DNA from: Penicillus capitatus | Taxonomy: Eukaryota > Plantae > Chlorophyta | Assembly: GCA_965649825.1 (NCBI GenBank) | Contig: OZ287700.1 | Span: 124,001-188,000, forward strand | Length of the DNA: 64,000 nt | Reading direction: 5' to 3' | In this document: one piece after another, positions 51,017 to 62,835 of the stretch | How positions within the stretch are numbered: position 1 is the stretch's first letter | Layout: each line of letters starts with the position of its first letter | Notes under the pieces: model-generated | Database searches by the model: none | Told to the model about the DNA's origin: nothing | Seen by the model: the letters and a program-made list of their open reading frames with translations, nothing else | Program-made: the position numbers and the translations under genes

Positions 51017-52435
51017 GCGTCAACTCTTGTCTCGCGACGACCGATTTTCAAGGTCTTGTGTGTGCCAGCTCACGCGGAGAACGATTTTTGTGCTACTCAA
51101 GCGCCTCTTTGTGCTTCAACTAACTGGAGCCTTTTCATTAATTTCGCCGTCCTATTGAATCGTATAAAGTATGCGATTCTAGAGTGTGGAGCATTGAGAT
51201 TTGTTAGCACGAAAATACGGATTTCTCGTTCACAACTTCAAATAACGTAAGAAAGCTTGGTGTTAAAGACAAATTTAGCTTTCCTCTTTCTTCTTAATGC
51301 TGAGAGTCTATGAAGCTTTTCACCACAACATATATTGAGCGGTTTACCAAATTCAGTGACGACTGCAAGCTTTGAACAATTTATCTAGATCATTTACTCG
51401 AAAGAATCGCCACTGCGGTGTTTACGCGATCGACCAAAAAAGACAACGAACAAACTGATGCTGGAATGCCCTCTGCAATGCGAAGACTCGAGAATATCTT
51501 GTGTTTCGCACTCGGATGTCGCTGTCAGACAACATGACCTATAATGCGTTACATTTTTTTCTCACATCGACAAATGTATCCGACGCCGAAGGCAGCCCCA
51601 CAACGGAAGATCCAATCCTTTTCACAGAACCGGGGCCTTTTGCGAATGATTGTGGCAACTGAGAGTCCCATGTTCGTTGTCTTTGCGCACCAAACCTCTG
51701 CCGTTAGTTTGAGGACGATTCTTTCCATTCTCTGTATTCTTCGACGATACGAATATATTGCGAGTGACACCAAACAGAGTCAAAGTTTCTGTCGGCAAGT
51801 TTGAGGTGCCGATGTGACTGTCTTGTTTGGGAGGGGGCCACTTTGCTCTGGGACACTCGGGGTCGTGTCGTTTGAGGTGTTGGGCCGGAAAGAGGCCTTT
51901 TTCTCTGGTCCTGGAGCGGTGCTGAGTCACCTGCCTAGGCATGTCACGTCACAACGGGGGTATTTGAATGGACAATCCGAACCATGTTTACCTTGCTCCA
52001 AACAGTTGTAATTCAAGTCTTCCGCTGTGTCTTTCGTCCGGCCCGATCGCCGACAGTTTCGTCTTCGTGCACGACATGCAGATCCATCCAGTTTATAACC
52101 CGAACAAGGATACATTGTTCAACCGAAAGACGACGGATCAATCATTGAGTGGTAAAAATCCTGTGACGTTCTCGAAGCCAAAGTACTGGCGACTCAAACG
52201 ATGACGTCAAGATATCTGTATGACATCTTGCTGTCAGAAAAAAAACCGCCTGAAAATGCGAAGTCGTAGAGAATTAGAACACCTAGATCCAAGGAATTAT
52301 ATTCTTCATTTCTCTTTTACATGACTAACTACGGTCTTGACAAAACACTTGTTTTCATCAATCCATTTAATAAAAGATGGATCACAGCACTACACGACTT
52401 TGAAAAATCTCCGCTCGACTTTGCATTTCAACGGT

Positions 52436-53395
52436 ATGGGCGTCTTTTATTCTTGCGTCGAACAAGGCTCCATTGAAGTGATCGAACAGTTCGGCAAGTT
52501 CTCCCGTGTCGCCTATCCCGGTTTCAACTGCATATGGTTTCCATGCGGTGAGACTTTTAACAGCTTCTAACCCACGTCACGAGAATACGCACAGGAGAGC
52601 TGGTGGCTGGGAGACTGAACATGCGCATCCAGCAACTGGACGTCTCCGTGGAGACCAAGACCCGAGATAACGTTTTCGTTATCGTCGTCGTCTCCGTCCA
52701 GTACCAGGCACATCTCAACCGAGACGTAACCTCTGTGACGTACGTCTGCGCTGCAGGTGTTGAAGGAGAACGTCTACGACGCGTTTTACAAACTCACAGA
52801 TTCGACCTCGCAGATTCGCAGCTACGTGTTCGATGTGGTGCGTTCGACGGTGCCCAAAATGAACCTAGACGATGTCTTCGTGAGCAAAGAAGAGATTGCA
52901 CAAGACATCAAGCAAGAACTGACGAAGAGCATGGGGTCATTTGGCTTTGCCATCGTCCAGACACTCGTCACAGACATCGAACCCGCACGCAAAGTCAAGG
53001 ATGCCATGAATGAGATCAATGCAGCAACCCGTCTCCGAGCGGCGGCGGTGGAAAAGGCAGAAGCCAAGAAAGTTAGTGTCGTCAAGGCGGCCGAAGCAGA
53101 GGCGGAGGCAAAGTTCTTAGCCGGTCAGGGCATTGCGCGTCAGAGACAGGCCATCGTTGCCGGTTTGCGAGAATCGGTGGTGGAGTTTTCGTCCCAAGTT
53201 CAGAACATCAACAATCAGGAGATCCTGTCCATGATGCTGATGACACAGTACTTCGACACACTGAAAGATGTTGGCATGTCCTCTCGAAACAGCACAGTTT
53301 TCGTGCCACATCAGCCAGGAACCATTGGAGATATCTCTGCTCAGATTCGCAATGGATTGCTTGAAGCGACATCTGTCCAGTCAATGCAACGCTGA
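52436..53395 (+). CDS. HIR: HIR-like band-7 protein, copy 2 (inverted paralog)
   Basis: [22 protein letters not shown]...; same intron positions as copy 1; intron 2 (52708-52756) GC-AG. Confidence 0.92.
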
Positions 53396-53710
53396 ACGCA
53401 TTAAGTCACATCAGTCATATTTTTTCGTTTTGTCTTTCGTCACTCATCTGCCGCTTATTCTGTCAAACAAGCTGGAAAGAGTCACACGAGTTCTTCCTTT
53501 GGCTCATGACCTTATTTCTAAGCAGGATGGATAAAGGCACACATTTTTCTTTTGGCTCAGACGCCTTTGTTTCAAAACAAACAGGACAGTAACAGGCACG
53601 TATGTTATGGGAATGGTTTATACTAACTTTGGTTGCTGTTATCTCGTTGCTTAACACAATGACGCATTTTTTGCATTTACGGAATCGCGTTTGACAACAC
53701 TATCTGCTAA

Positions 53711-54190
53711 ATGGCGTCTGCGTTGTCCGCGTGGTTCTACGGTCCAGCTGGACCCGTCAAAGGCGGCGGTTGGTCTTGCAGTCGTGGTCCGCGGTATGAG
53801 CATGCGTTTGTGTCGCAGTCTTCTTCTGGGCACCCACGTGGAAATGGGGCATCAGTCTTGCAAACATCGCCGATATGAATCGACCCGTCGAAACACTTTC
53901 CTACCCACAGCAATGCGGTCCGTTATATCAACCTCTTTTTGCATACACTAGCTGAGAGAAATGCATCTGCTCTTAGCCATTGCCGCGACTGGGTTGATCT
54001 GGTCACGTTACAGTGTCGTCATCTATCCTGTCAACTACAATCTCTTGGCAGTCAACGCCTTCATGGCCTTTACAGGACTTTACCAGCTCTACAGAAAAGC
54101 CAAGTACTGTGAACGCCTGTCACATCGTTTGTCCCATGTGATGGTGGCAGGTCGGACTATGCCCCAACAACAAAAGCTCCGGCGCCATGA
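53711..54190 (+). CDS. MPC: Mitochondrial pyruvate carrier (MPC2-like)
   Basis: Spliced MASALSAWFYGPAGPVK|VFFWAPTWKWGISLANIADMNRPVETLSYPQQC|AIAATGLIWSRYSVVIYPVNYNLLAVN. Confidence 0.9.
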
Positions 54191-54309
54191 ATGCAGAGCT
54201 TCGTTAAAAAAGACGATCTCTGCGGCGAGACATGCAAAAGCCTGCCAGGGAGTGTTGTTCTGGAATTTCGTGTGTTATGCAAAGAATGTGTTAATCGTGC
54301 CGTTCATTG

Positions 54310-55087
54310 ATGCACGCCGTCGCGTCGTGGCGATCTGTCATGCGTTGCGTGGTTCTTGCCGACAATGCTGGGTCTTCATGGCGCACAGCACAGTACCGTC
54401 GACGCAGAGATGTTCCCTCGGCAGTTCTGTTCTCGCGGCGTCGCTGGATGGACGGCGCTGCGACGACGGTGATGGGATGGCTGCTCACCATAAGTGCCCC
54501 AGGCGATGCACGTGTCCCGACCGAGTCTCTTGTCCCACTGAATCGACTACCACCTTACTCAAGAGATCGTCTCAGCAAAGACCGAGAGAATTCCAGTGGT
54601 GGTTCAGACGTCCAATCAGCCGTCGCCAGCATTCAGCAATGGACAGCGGATGCCGAAAAGGCATCAGCATCTGGGCACTATGAACAGGTGTTGCATCCGA
54701 CCGAGCACTTATCATGATGTGACGTGTATGGCCTGTTAGGCTTTGGATCTGTACACGGACATCGTGCAGTCCTATCCCGATCTGGCAGTCACAGAGTATG
54801 CAAGACTGCATCGCGCTCTGCTGCTCTACGAAGTGGGCGACGTTCGTCGTAGTCTTTTGGAGTTGGACGATTTAGAGGTGTCGCTGCGAGGCTTTCCAGA
54901 GGTCCATGCTGCCCTGGCATCTCTCCTCTACATCGAAAGACCTTTGCAAATCAGTCGAGCCGAGTCCCAATGGGATCTCGCCACATCCTTCGATCGTCGC
55001 TATGCAGATCTCGCTTGGGTCCAGCGAACCAAAAAGTGGCCACCGAAAGTCCTCGATGCCTTGGAACGGTTCTTGGACCTGCGATAA
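54310..55087 (+). CDS. TPR-like protein, cyanobacterial/thylakoid-lumen type
   Basis: RR-rich targeting region, TPR-like helices, C-terminal KKWPPKVLDALERFL; one intron. Confidence 0.6.
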
Positions 55088-55155
55088 AGTGTCCCATCAG
55101 CATGACCCATCCATGACAGCGACAGGTGTACGATGCTTACGTTCGTGTTTTGAAC

Positions 55156-56194
55156 ATGGGACGTCGCTGGTCAGTTCGCGAAATCTCTTGCTTGACGCCG
55201 ACTGCGGAGCTTCAGCTAGTGGATGTGTTCTACTCGCCCGTCAATAAAAAACTGGCGGCGGATTTGATCACTCTGTTGAATGGTTCCCACCCACTGCCGT
55301 CGCTGCGTCACCTCCGACGCATACGTTCGATTCCGGGCGACAGGACGACGTGCGTCGAGATTCTGCTTTGTCTAGCGCCGACACCTCTGGACGGTCGAGC
55401 ACCGTCGCTGCCAGGCGACATGATCGACATCGTCGAACGATTTGACCTTAAACCTGTCATAACAAAAGTGTGACCTCACTCTTTTCGTGGCCATCTATGT
55501 GGAAGATGCGTGTGAAGGTACCGAGATTGCCGGCGCCGACATTGGCGCTGTGGTCGGAATGGCGTCATTACTGGGCCATGCCTTGGCGAATGAACGAAGA
55601 CACGACCTGCTCGCCCGACTTGTCGACTCAAATCGAACATCGAGCTGAAGACATTCTCACACGCGTTTTCGAATTGGCCCAGGTCTCTTCCGGCGACAAC
55701 GCAGCTCTTATCGTCGATCCCTCCACGAGCAGGTCACACCTCACACATACCCCACCCAGTTCATCGCTTGTCTGTCTTTCAGGATGATTGCGGCTGGATT
55801 GGATCACGCGACGGCTAAGTACCCTTTGCGTCATGCCGTGATGGAAGCGATCGCCGCCTTTGCACACCGTGATCTCGCCACGTGGCCAGACGACGTTACG
55901 GAGCCTGCCGGAAAACGCATCCGAACGATCGAAGCGTCATCGGGGGAAACAAAGCCATATCTCTGTACAGGATACGAAATCTACTGTCTCAAAGAACCTT
56001 GTCTGATGTGTGCCATGGCCATGGTACATTCACGCTTTCTCCGAGTGATCTACTGCGAACCTGATGTACACAACGGAGCGTTTACGGTACATGGACTCCA
56101 TGGAAAGAAAGGACTCAACCATCATTACACCGTCTATCATGCCACAGAAGACCACAAAGCGCCCGATCGAGAAACACCGACGGCATCTGTGTAA
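55156..56194 (+). CDS. TAD3: tRNA adenosine-34 deaminase non-catalytic subunit TAD3/ADAT3
   Basis: LRHLRRIR; HAVMEAI (His-Ala-Val in place of His-Ala-Glu); YLCTGY; EPCLMCAMAMVHSRF; GLNHHY. Confidence 0.88.
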
Positions 56195-56206
56195 TCACTC
56201 CAGCCG

Positions 56207-56631
56207 TCACTTCTTACGCTTACCCGTCTTGTTTGTCGCCCGTTTGCCCTGGCCCTTCGGCGGAGGGCTCTTCCCTCGTCGCGCTAGATTCTTCAAACGT
56301 TTCTGGTGCCTAGAGAACGACGCTCTGAGCGTGTGTGGTATGCAGAGTGGCGGCGAAGGTACCGTTCCATGTCGACACTTCGCAGGAGGGTATCGAAGAT
56401 GGGAAAGGGATAGTAGTTAGCGATCTCATCCACACGCCATGTCCGCTTCAGCGCCTTTCGTCCAGTTCGTTCCTGGCGTCGTTCGTGGTGACCAAAGATA
56501 CGTGCACGTATCTGCGTCAATGTCTCTGTCGCGTCGGTTGGCAGGACGTCGCTGAAGGGACGCCGACCCATCGTGCATTGAAAGGAAGACGTAAGATTGG
56601 GACAGAGACGGCGAAACATCGCTCGCGCCAT
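56207..56631 (-). CDS. MRPS33: Mitochondrial ribosomal protein mS33 (RSM27/MRPS33 family)
   Basis: Presequence-like start; LTQIRARIFG..RTGRKALK..ANYYP; spliced basic tail RGKSPPKGQGKR. Confidence 0.75.
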
Positions 56632-56650
56632 CTTCAAGTACGACAGAGAA

Positions 56651-57488
56651 ATGGAGCGTCGCGTAGAGTTATCGGAAACGTTGACCCGGGCAAAGACGCT
56701 AGCGCAACTCGGATGGAAACTTAACGACAAGATAGAGGTTAACAACGCCACATTCGTTGCCATGAGCGTCGCTTGAGTACATACAGGTTCGATGGCTCAT
56801 CGAGCGAGACAACCAGCCGGCGGCTGAGAAGAAAGTAAAGACCTTAAGTACTGAAGAACATCGTGAAGGTGTGAGTAGTGGTGGGGAGCGCGTCTCGTTG
56901 AAGAAGACAGCAAAGAGCCGAAGATCGTGACCCTGCTATACGATGCCGTTGATGAATTTGTGGAGAGCCGCAGTCAAGTGCTGTTCTTGAACGAAGGTCA
57001 GCGCTCTGATGCCATGACATGTATGCGATGCCATGGCCTGTAGTGACACTGTATGATATCGATGAAGATGCTGAGATGCCTTATCGACGCGAGGGCGATC
57101 TCATCGATACAACAGACTGTGAGAAACAACAGGAAGATGTGGTGACGTTTAGAGAGCTTGCTGAAGAGGGACCTGAGTTAGATGCCACTAGCATGCTCAC
57201 CTCTGCTGCAGCCGTGGTATTGTTAGGGAGGATGAATCGACCGAGGCCGAGATTCAGAAACTGCCTCATGCCATGCAGGTTCAAGTGGCCGAACGGTTTG
57301 AACAGTTCAAGAACGGATTCATGTATGCACCCCGATCAAAACCACTCCTTGGCCCAACGCTGCCTGCCGTCTTTAGTGATTTCTTGAGAGAGAAGGCGGC
57401 GGAACGTGGGTCAGATACGCTGATCGATGCCGATGACATTGCCGATTTCGTTTCGAGAATGAAGAATGAAGATCAGAAGCCACATTAA
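56651..57488 (+). CDS. Uncharacterised protein with a Tudor-like N-domain (multi-exon)
   Basis: Splices to MERRVELSE..NDKIE|VRWLIE..|WWGARL..VTLLYDA..VLFLNE|VTLYD..MPYRREGD... Confidence 0.6.
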
Positions 57489-57494
57489 ACGGGC

Positions 57495-60097
57495 CTACTC
57501 TCCAATCTGAGGCCAAGCTGGAAACACGCGTTTGTAAAGTGAGACACAGATGGTATCGTGATGTTGGATGTTTCCATCGAAGTAGCATTTCATGAGCCCC
57601 TTGGTGCCCAAACTCTCCTTTATGTATCCCCTTCTTCCACACTTTGTCCACAATTCCAGTGGCTTGAACCATCGAACGTCATCGGGATTGTGGAACATGC
57701 CTTTGACGACGGCACTCTTCTTCACAGCTTTGCTCACACGTCCCGTCAACACGATATGCTTCAGGATGATGCGATCGGGAGCGCAGGACTGAAGCGACCC
57801 AGTGAATGCCAGTTTAGGCGATACTGACCCATCGGCATGTGTCTTGAAAGCCAGCAATGGCATAGAGGGGAAGGTGATCTGACTATAGACGCTTGCTATA
57901 CTGTGATGCCCTGCATGCAAGAATCGCTCCATGTAATGTTTGTCACATCTAAGGGAATCACACGTTGTCCAGATCGAAAGCATGTGGCATGACTATCTAC
58001 CTGACGTTGTCTGATGAAAAGAGGGGTGCAGTGGAGAACCAACGAAAGCCAGAAACGAAGAGAAACTGTTCTTTGTTGGCAATCGGCATTGGATAGTCGA
58101 TGGACTTGATGACCCTATAGTGCACAACAGACATCTTTACTTCATGGCGCATCAGGCCGACAGCAAAGAGTGGCCCAGATGCTCCCTGTAGGAACTGTTC
58201 CACTTGGCTCTCGATCTCGTGAGCAGTAGATGTTGGCACATCCTTAATCACGAGACGGATTCTTGTGCAGGCAGGGACCGAATTCGGCAGCTGTTCTCTA
58301 AGAATCTCACTCTTTGCCGATTTCATGGCATGGGCAAAACTGTCGAACTCAAAAATGCGTGAGTAATCTCTTGGGAGATCCGATTTGGCATCCCAAGGAC
58401 TGGTGCGGAAACTCTTCAGCCCTCTGCAGACGTCGTGTCGGATGAGATCGGTAAAGCAGAGTGGATGGTGGGACCTGTAGTGTTGGAAGCGAACGCGAGC
58501 GGGTTCATCCGGAGGAACCTTCATCTCATTCGGAAACCGCTTCTCCTCCTCTTCCTTCTCCTCTTTCTCAGCCGCGTCCATTTCTTCATCCTGCCAGCTG
58601 AGATTATCGCTGTCGGCCATGGCGCTCGCAGCTAAAGCAGAGACGTCACATCAAGCTTTGCTCCGTCACGAACGCACCGGCACCCTCGCTGTGTGCTTCA
58701 CGAATGGCATCGAGGTCTTCTGTATCGTCTTCATCGGACACCGTTTGCATCTTTTCAGACGAGGCATCGTCGTCTGAACCGTAAGAGGAAACGTCATCTG
58801 GGATCCATGCAGCTTGATATGCCGAGGTTCCTTTCGGCACGTGACGGACGGTCTGCTGTACGGCATCTTCAAACCTTCCTTCATCCACAGGCACCATCTC
58901 CTCCTCCACTGCGCATGCATTCTCCCGAATTAAGCTCTCCTGAAGAGACGGATCTGGATAAACGGCAGTTCCTTCGGTGCAGGTCGTTGTCGACAGATGG
59001 CCTCGCGGAAATGCCAAAGGAGTGATGCTTTCGACGGCGTAGTCTCCATGGGTAGAGATCGAGATGATCTGGTTGGCCGAGAGGACAGCATGTCGAACGT
59101 AGCCTTCCAACGACAGACAACACGTATCGTTCGATGCATCTGCCGCTGAGCGTTGACAGGATTGAATAAAGAGTGAGGGTCTTTGCTGGCGCCAATGCGG
59201 TATGGTGAATGCATCTGGCTGAAGTCGCAGCAACATGGAGCGCGCATCTGCTTCGTTGGCCAGGAGAAAGGGCTTGGCACTCTCGCCGATCTACATAGCA
59301 GAATCTGTGTGAGCTCGCGGCGATCGGCATCAAGAGCTCGTACTTCTGTTGAGATCTGTTTTGGGATGACATGTCTGATTGCATAACTGCTCTTTGAGCA
59401 TTTCGAATCGGGGTTTTGGATGACAGTGACAAAAGACGTGATGCCGACGGACTTGAAGAGATTCAGAGTGCGGATGCCCATTTTATCGATGCCTTTCTCG
59501 ATGCGTTTGCCATCGATGACGAAAATAACCAGCTCTGCTGTCATGAAGAGCTTCGTCAGTTCTAACGGATCCTGCACAGACGACGCCATCTACAGCTTAC
59601 GGCAAAGCAGATGCCAAACGATTGGCGCACACCTGCGATGGGCTGAGGATCGGAAGCAATGTCCATTTGATCTTCCGTGCACCCGGAAGGACGATATCAC
59701 ACATCGAATGCAAATCTGTCACCCAAACAAAAAGAGTGAGAAATCATCGCCCGAGTCACAAAAGAATGCCTGAATCGGGTTTCGTTTCTGAACAGGCCTT
59801 GAGAATGCAGCTGCGAACATCGGCGCCATCCACCGTCTGCATACCATGTCTTGTGCATCGTATGGCTGAATCGGTCGCGACATAGGCAGACCTGAGAGAG
59901 AGGAACCAAGGCGACAATACGGGGAATAAGATTCGAGGAACTTCTCAGCGATGTCCGCCGTGCCGCCCTGTATCAAAAACTCTCCCCGTTGGCGGCACTT
60001 CTCTTGAGTACCATCACCTTTGGGCAGCCGCCTCTTTTCTCTTGGCCCGGCGTCCTCGATGATCCTGTTTTGCAATACCTCTCGTCACTATAGACAT
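57495..60097 (-). CDS. TSR1: Pre-40S assembly factor TSR1
   Basis: PRIVALVPLS; PARVRFQHYRGLKSFRTSPWD; RIILKHIVLTG; MFHNPDDVRWFKPLELWTKCGRRGYIKESLGTKGLMKC..YKRVFP. Start may lie further upstream. Confidence 0.9.
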
Positions 60098-60459
60098 CCA
60101 CGTTTTCCCTCGTCTGGAAAAAATCGGATGGATCACCCCTATGTATGGGTTCGTGGGTTTTCCAATACCGCCGGCCTCGCCGACCGCTGCTCTTGTGTGC
60201 CTGAACTCAACCGTCGTGTCTCTCTTACGTTCGACGCTGCACAAGGCGGCGCACCTTGTTCTTCATGATCGTACAGGAAAGGCGCCATGAACCGAAGTCA
60301 TTAACGCCGTTAACAACCTAGCGTCAACCAGTAGTTGCCCAGCAGCTATCCGTGGGCCAATGCGCATTTGTTGCAACTTTTTTCTCGCTTTATAAACATG
60401 TTCGCGCTAAGATCTGCACCGACTTCGTTGTTCTTCATACTTATTCCTCGTGCATCACA

Positions 60460-61890
60460 ATGGTTTTCATCGCCGACCTTCTCAAGCATATCGTCACATG
60501 CCTTTGGTGTGGGGCCGATATCCGGGGACGGCTAGATTTTGTCGAATTGTCTATTCTCTGTCCTCGCTGCTGCAAACGGGCAACACAGAGAGAAAAGCCC
60601 GTCATCACACGTTTCTACACCGTTCCTGAGTCCGACATACTGGAGCACGGCGCGCTGAGCACCGACGATTTGAAGCTGCTCAATTTTATGGTGCTGGAAA
60701 AAAAGAAACGCCGTGAATGGAATGGCATTCGATTCTATCTGCGAGGAGAGGTGCGTTACTTACGAAATCTCAGAAGGAAAATAGAACTGGAGAATGCCAT
60801 CGGCTTCGAAATCTCTGCAATAGACCCTTTGATTCGAAAACATATACTGGAGGATTATCTCACCGAGACCCTGTACTCTAGAGTGACGACGGAGCAGGTG
60901 ACGTCACGTTGTACTGTCAAGGATGCGGCGGTCGAAATTGTGAAGACCTACTCTTGGGCGTACCCTCCTGCAGCGATACAGTTTTGTATAGACTGTCCCA
61001 AAGCGCAGCCTCGTGATTTTGAAGCGTGGAGTGAGAAAATGACAGAGGCGTTGAGATTGGAAGGCGACAGGATTATGTCTCTCGTGCCCTCTGAATTCCG
61101 TGAAGATTTAGCAGAAGGGCCATTGAAGGATTGGTATGCAGCCTTTCAAAAGAGGGATCGGGATGCCATTCTGGGAACGTATCTCTCTGCTTGGTGCTGC
61201 CGAGAAACGGTGGAGGAGATTCTGAAGGACGGTGGGCAGAAAGACGCGTCGATATACAGCAGTTGTTGGAGATGGCGTTCATGGACAGCCGGTCCCGAAG
61301 ATCGCGTCGCTGCAAGACTCTCAGAATTTTGGAAACAGAGAACGAAAAGGAAAAAGCAGCTGCTGGAAGCACTGCACCAAAAGAGACTCAGTCTGCCTGA
61401 ATCGTGCGATTACTGTTCAAACTTTTTGGATGGAGAAAGCGAATACAATCTTAAAGAGATGGTCGGTATTGTTGATGTCAGAACACAGTTATGGAGGAAA
61501 CACCGAATACGGTTGGATAGCTCAAGAGGAGCGGCAGCTGTGATGTGTTTCCTCGACAATTTGAACGAAGTGAAGGTCGGACACTATGTTTCGGTAAAAA
61601 GAGGAGTGGAAACGGGAGCAGCTTATCCAGCCGATCTAAATGAGGAAGACGTGGAAGACGATCCACCTCCTCTAGAAGAAGACGTGGAAGAGTTGGTAAT
61701 TGAGCCTATGCCCCTTCCTCCAGACGCAGACGCTTGGGTAGATGGGCAGCCACCCGCTCCGAACGACGACGATGGTTGGGAAGATGCTATACTCGGTGTT
61801 GCAAACGATGGTTGGGGAGATGCTATACTCGGTGACGTAGAAGAGGAAAATTGGGCAGATGATCTTGCTGTTCTTTACGAGGAAGGTTAG
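60460..61890 (+). CDS. Family member E (XPA-like finger, acidic tail with GW motifs), intronless
   Basis: CLWC..CPRC; FYLRGEVRYLR; EGDRI..GPLKDWY..FQKRD; GPEDRVA; SVKRGV, all shared with member C. Confidence 0.78.
   Translation: MVFIADLLKHIVTCLWCGADIRGRLDFVELSILCPRCCKRATQREKPVITRFYTVPESDILEHGALSTDDLKLLNFMVLEKKKRREWNGIRFYLRGEVRYLRNLRRKIELENAIGFEISAIDPLIRKHILEDYLTETLYSRVTTEQVTSRCTVKDAAVEIVKTYSWAYPPAAIQFCIDCPKAQPRDFEAWSEKMTEALRLEGDRIMSLVPSEFREDLAEGPLKDWYAAFQKRDRDAILGTYLSAWCCRETVEEILKDGGQKDASIYSSCWRWRSWTAGPEDRVAARLSEFWKQRTKRKKQLLEALHQKRLSLPESCDYCSNFLDGESEYNLKEMVGIVDVRTQLWRKHRIRLDSSRGAAAVMCFLDNLNEVKVGHYVSVKRGVETGAAYPADLNEEDVEDDPPPLEEDVEELVIEPMPLPPDADAWVDGQPPAPNDDDGWEDAILGVANDGWGDAILGDVEEENWADDLAVLYEEG
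61771..61836 (+). repeat. 36-bp-period intragenic duplication encoding DGW(E/G)DAILG
   Basis: GATGGTTGGG(A/G)AGATGCTATACTCGGTG at 61771 and 61807. Confidence 0.9.
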
Positions 61891-62835
61891 TCATCACTCC
61901 TGGCGTTTGACGCCACTCCTCTGACACAGGCTCCGTAAAGATGGAGTCACGGGGGTGTCTGGTGAATGCAATCGAGGGGCTGCACCGGCGAAGACGCGTT
62001 AATCTAAGCGTCGTTGCTTGCTTGCTTGGATCGTGTATCGGAAGCGATGTCCGAACGTGACGTGCAAGAATCGAACCTCAGAAACTCGCACTTTATCGAA
62101 CTTGATCACCTCTATTCGTGCAGCAATGAACAATCCGTATTGTAACTTATATATAATGATGCTCTTCTTACTCTCGTGTCTTTGACTCCATTCTGCTTCC
62201 CGTTAGGTTCCGTTGCGATTCGTTTCAGGAAAAGCGTCATCCTTTGCAGAGAGTCGTTCGAACACATGTGCATCGACCATTCGCATCTCATTTTCGTGTA
62301 CGACACATCCGGTTCGCTACATGTCGTCTTTGAAGGTACCATCTGTGTCGAGAAGGCGGCGATTCATTTCGCACTGCGACAGAAAGAGATCTCGTGGTAT
62401 GAAAACCTATTCGAATGGTGCGCTGTTAATCCATTGACTGCCGTCGGTACACGATCTTCACTTCCGACGCTCGCATCGCAGCGCATGTGTGTGTCAAGGG
62501 AGCGCATGGGCAACAGTCCTTGGCGGATCCTTAGCATATCAGTGGTCACGTCCCATTCCTCTACAATTGAAGATCATACATTCGCGAATCTACGCTCAGG
62601 TTCGGCAGATGAGATGCAAGATGAAGGTATGAGTGTTGGATGGCGAAGGGATTTACTGTGGCGGCGCTCTGTGCCACCGGTATCATCAAAACCATGCAAA
62701 CGTCACATCAGAGCAAGCAACGAAGAGACTCATTGGAGAAACATTTGCCTTGAACAAGTGAATCTCGTTTCCGTACTAAAACACTTTTGTAAACTTTGGA
62801 TCCTCCCCGTCGACGGATTCCTCGAACACACGACT

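Noticed and set aside
48280-51022. DNA transposon/MITE with ~430-bp terminal inverted repeats
   Set aside because: No target-site duplication at the outer ends, no transposase-like frame in the 1.9-kb centre, and conservation is highest at the inner rather than the outer end. Not fully excluded.
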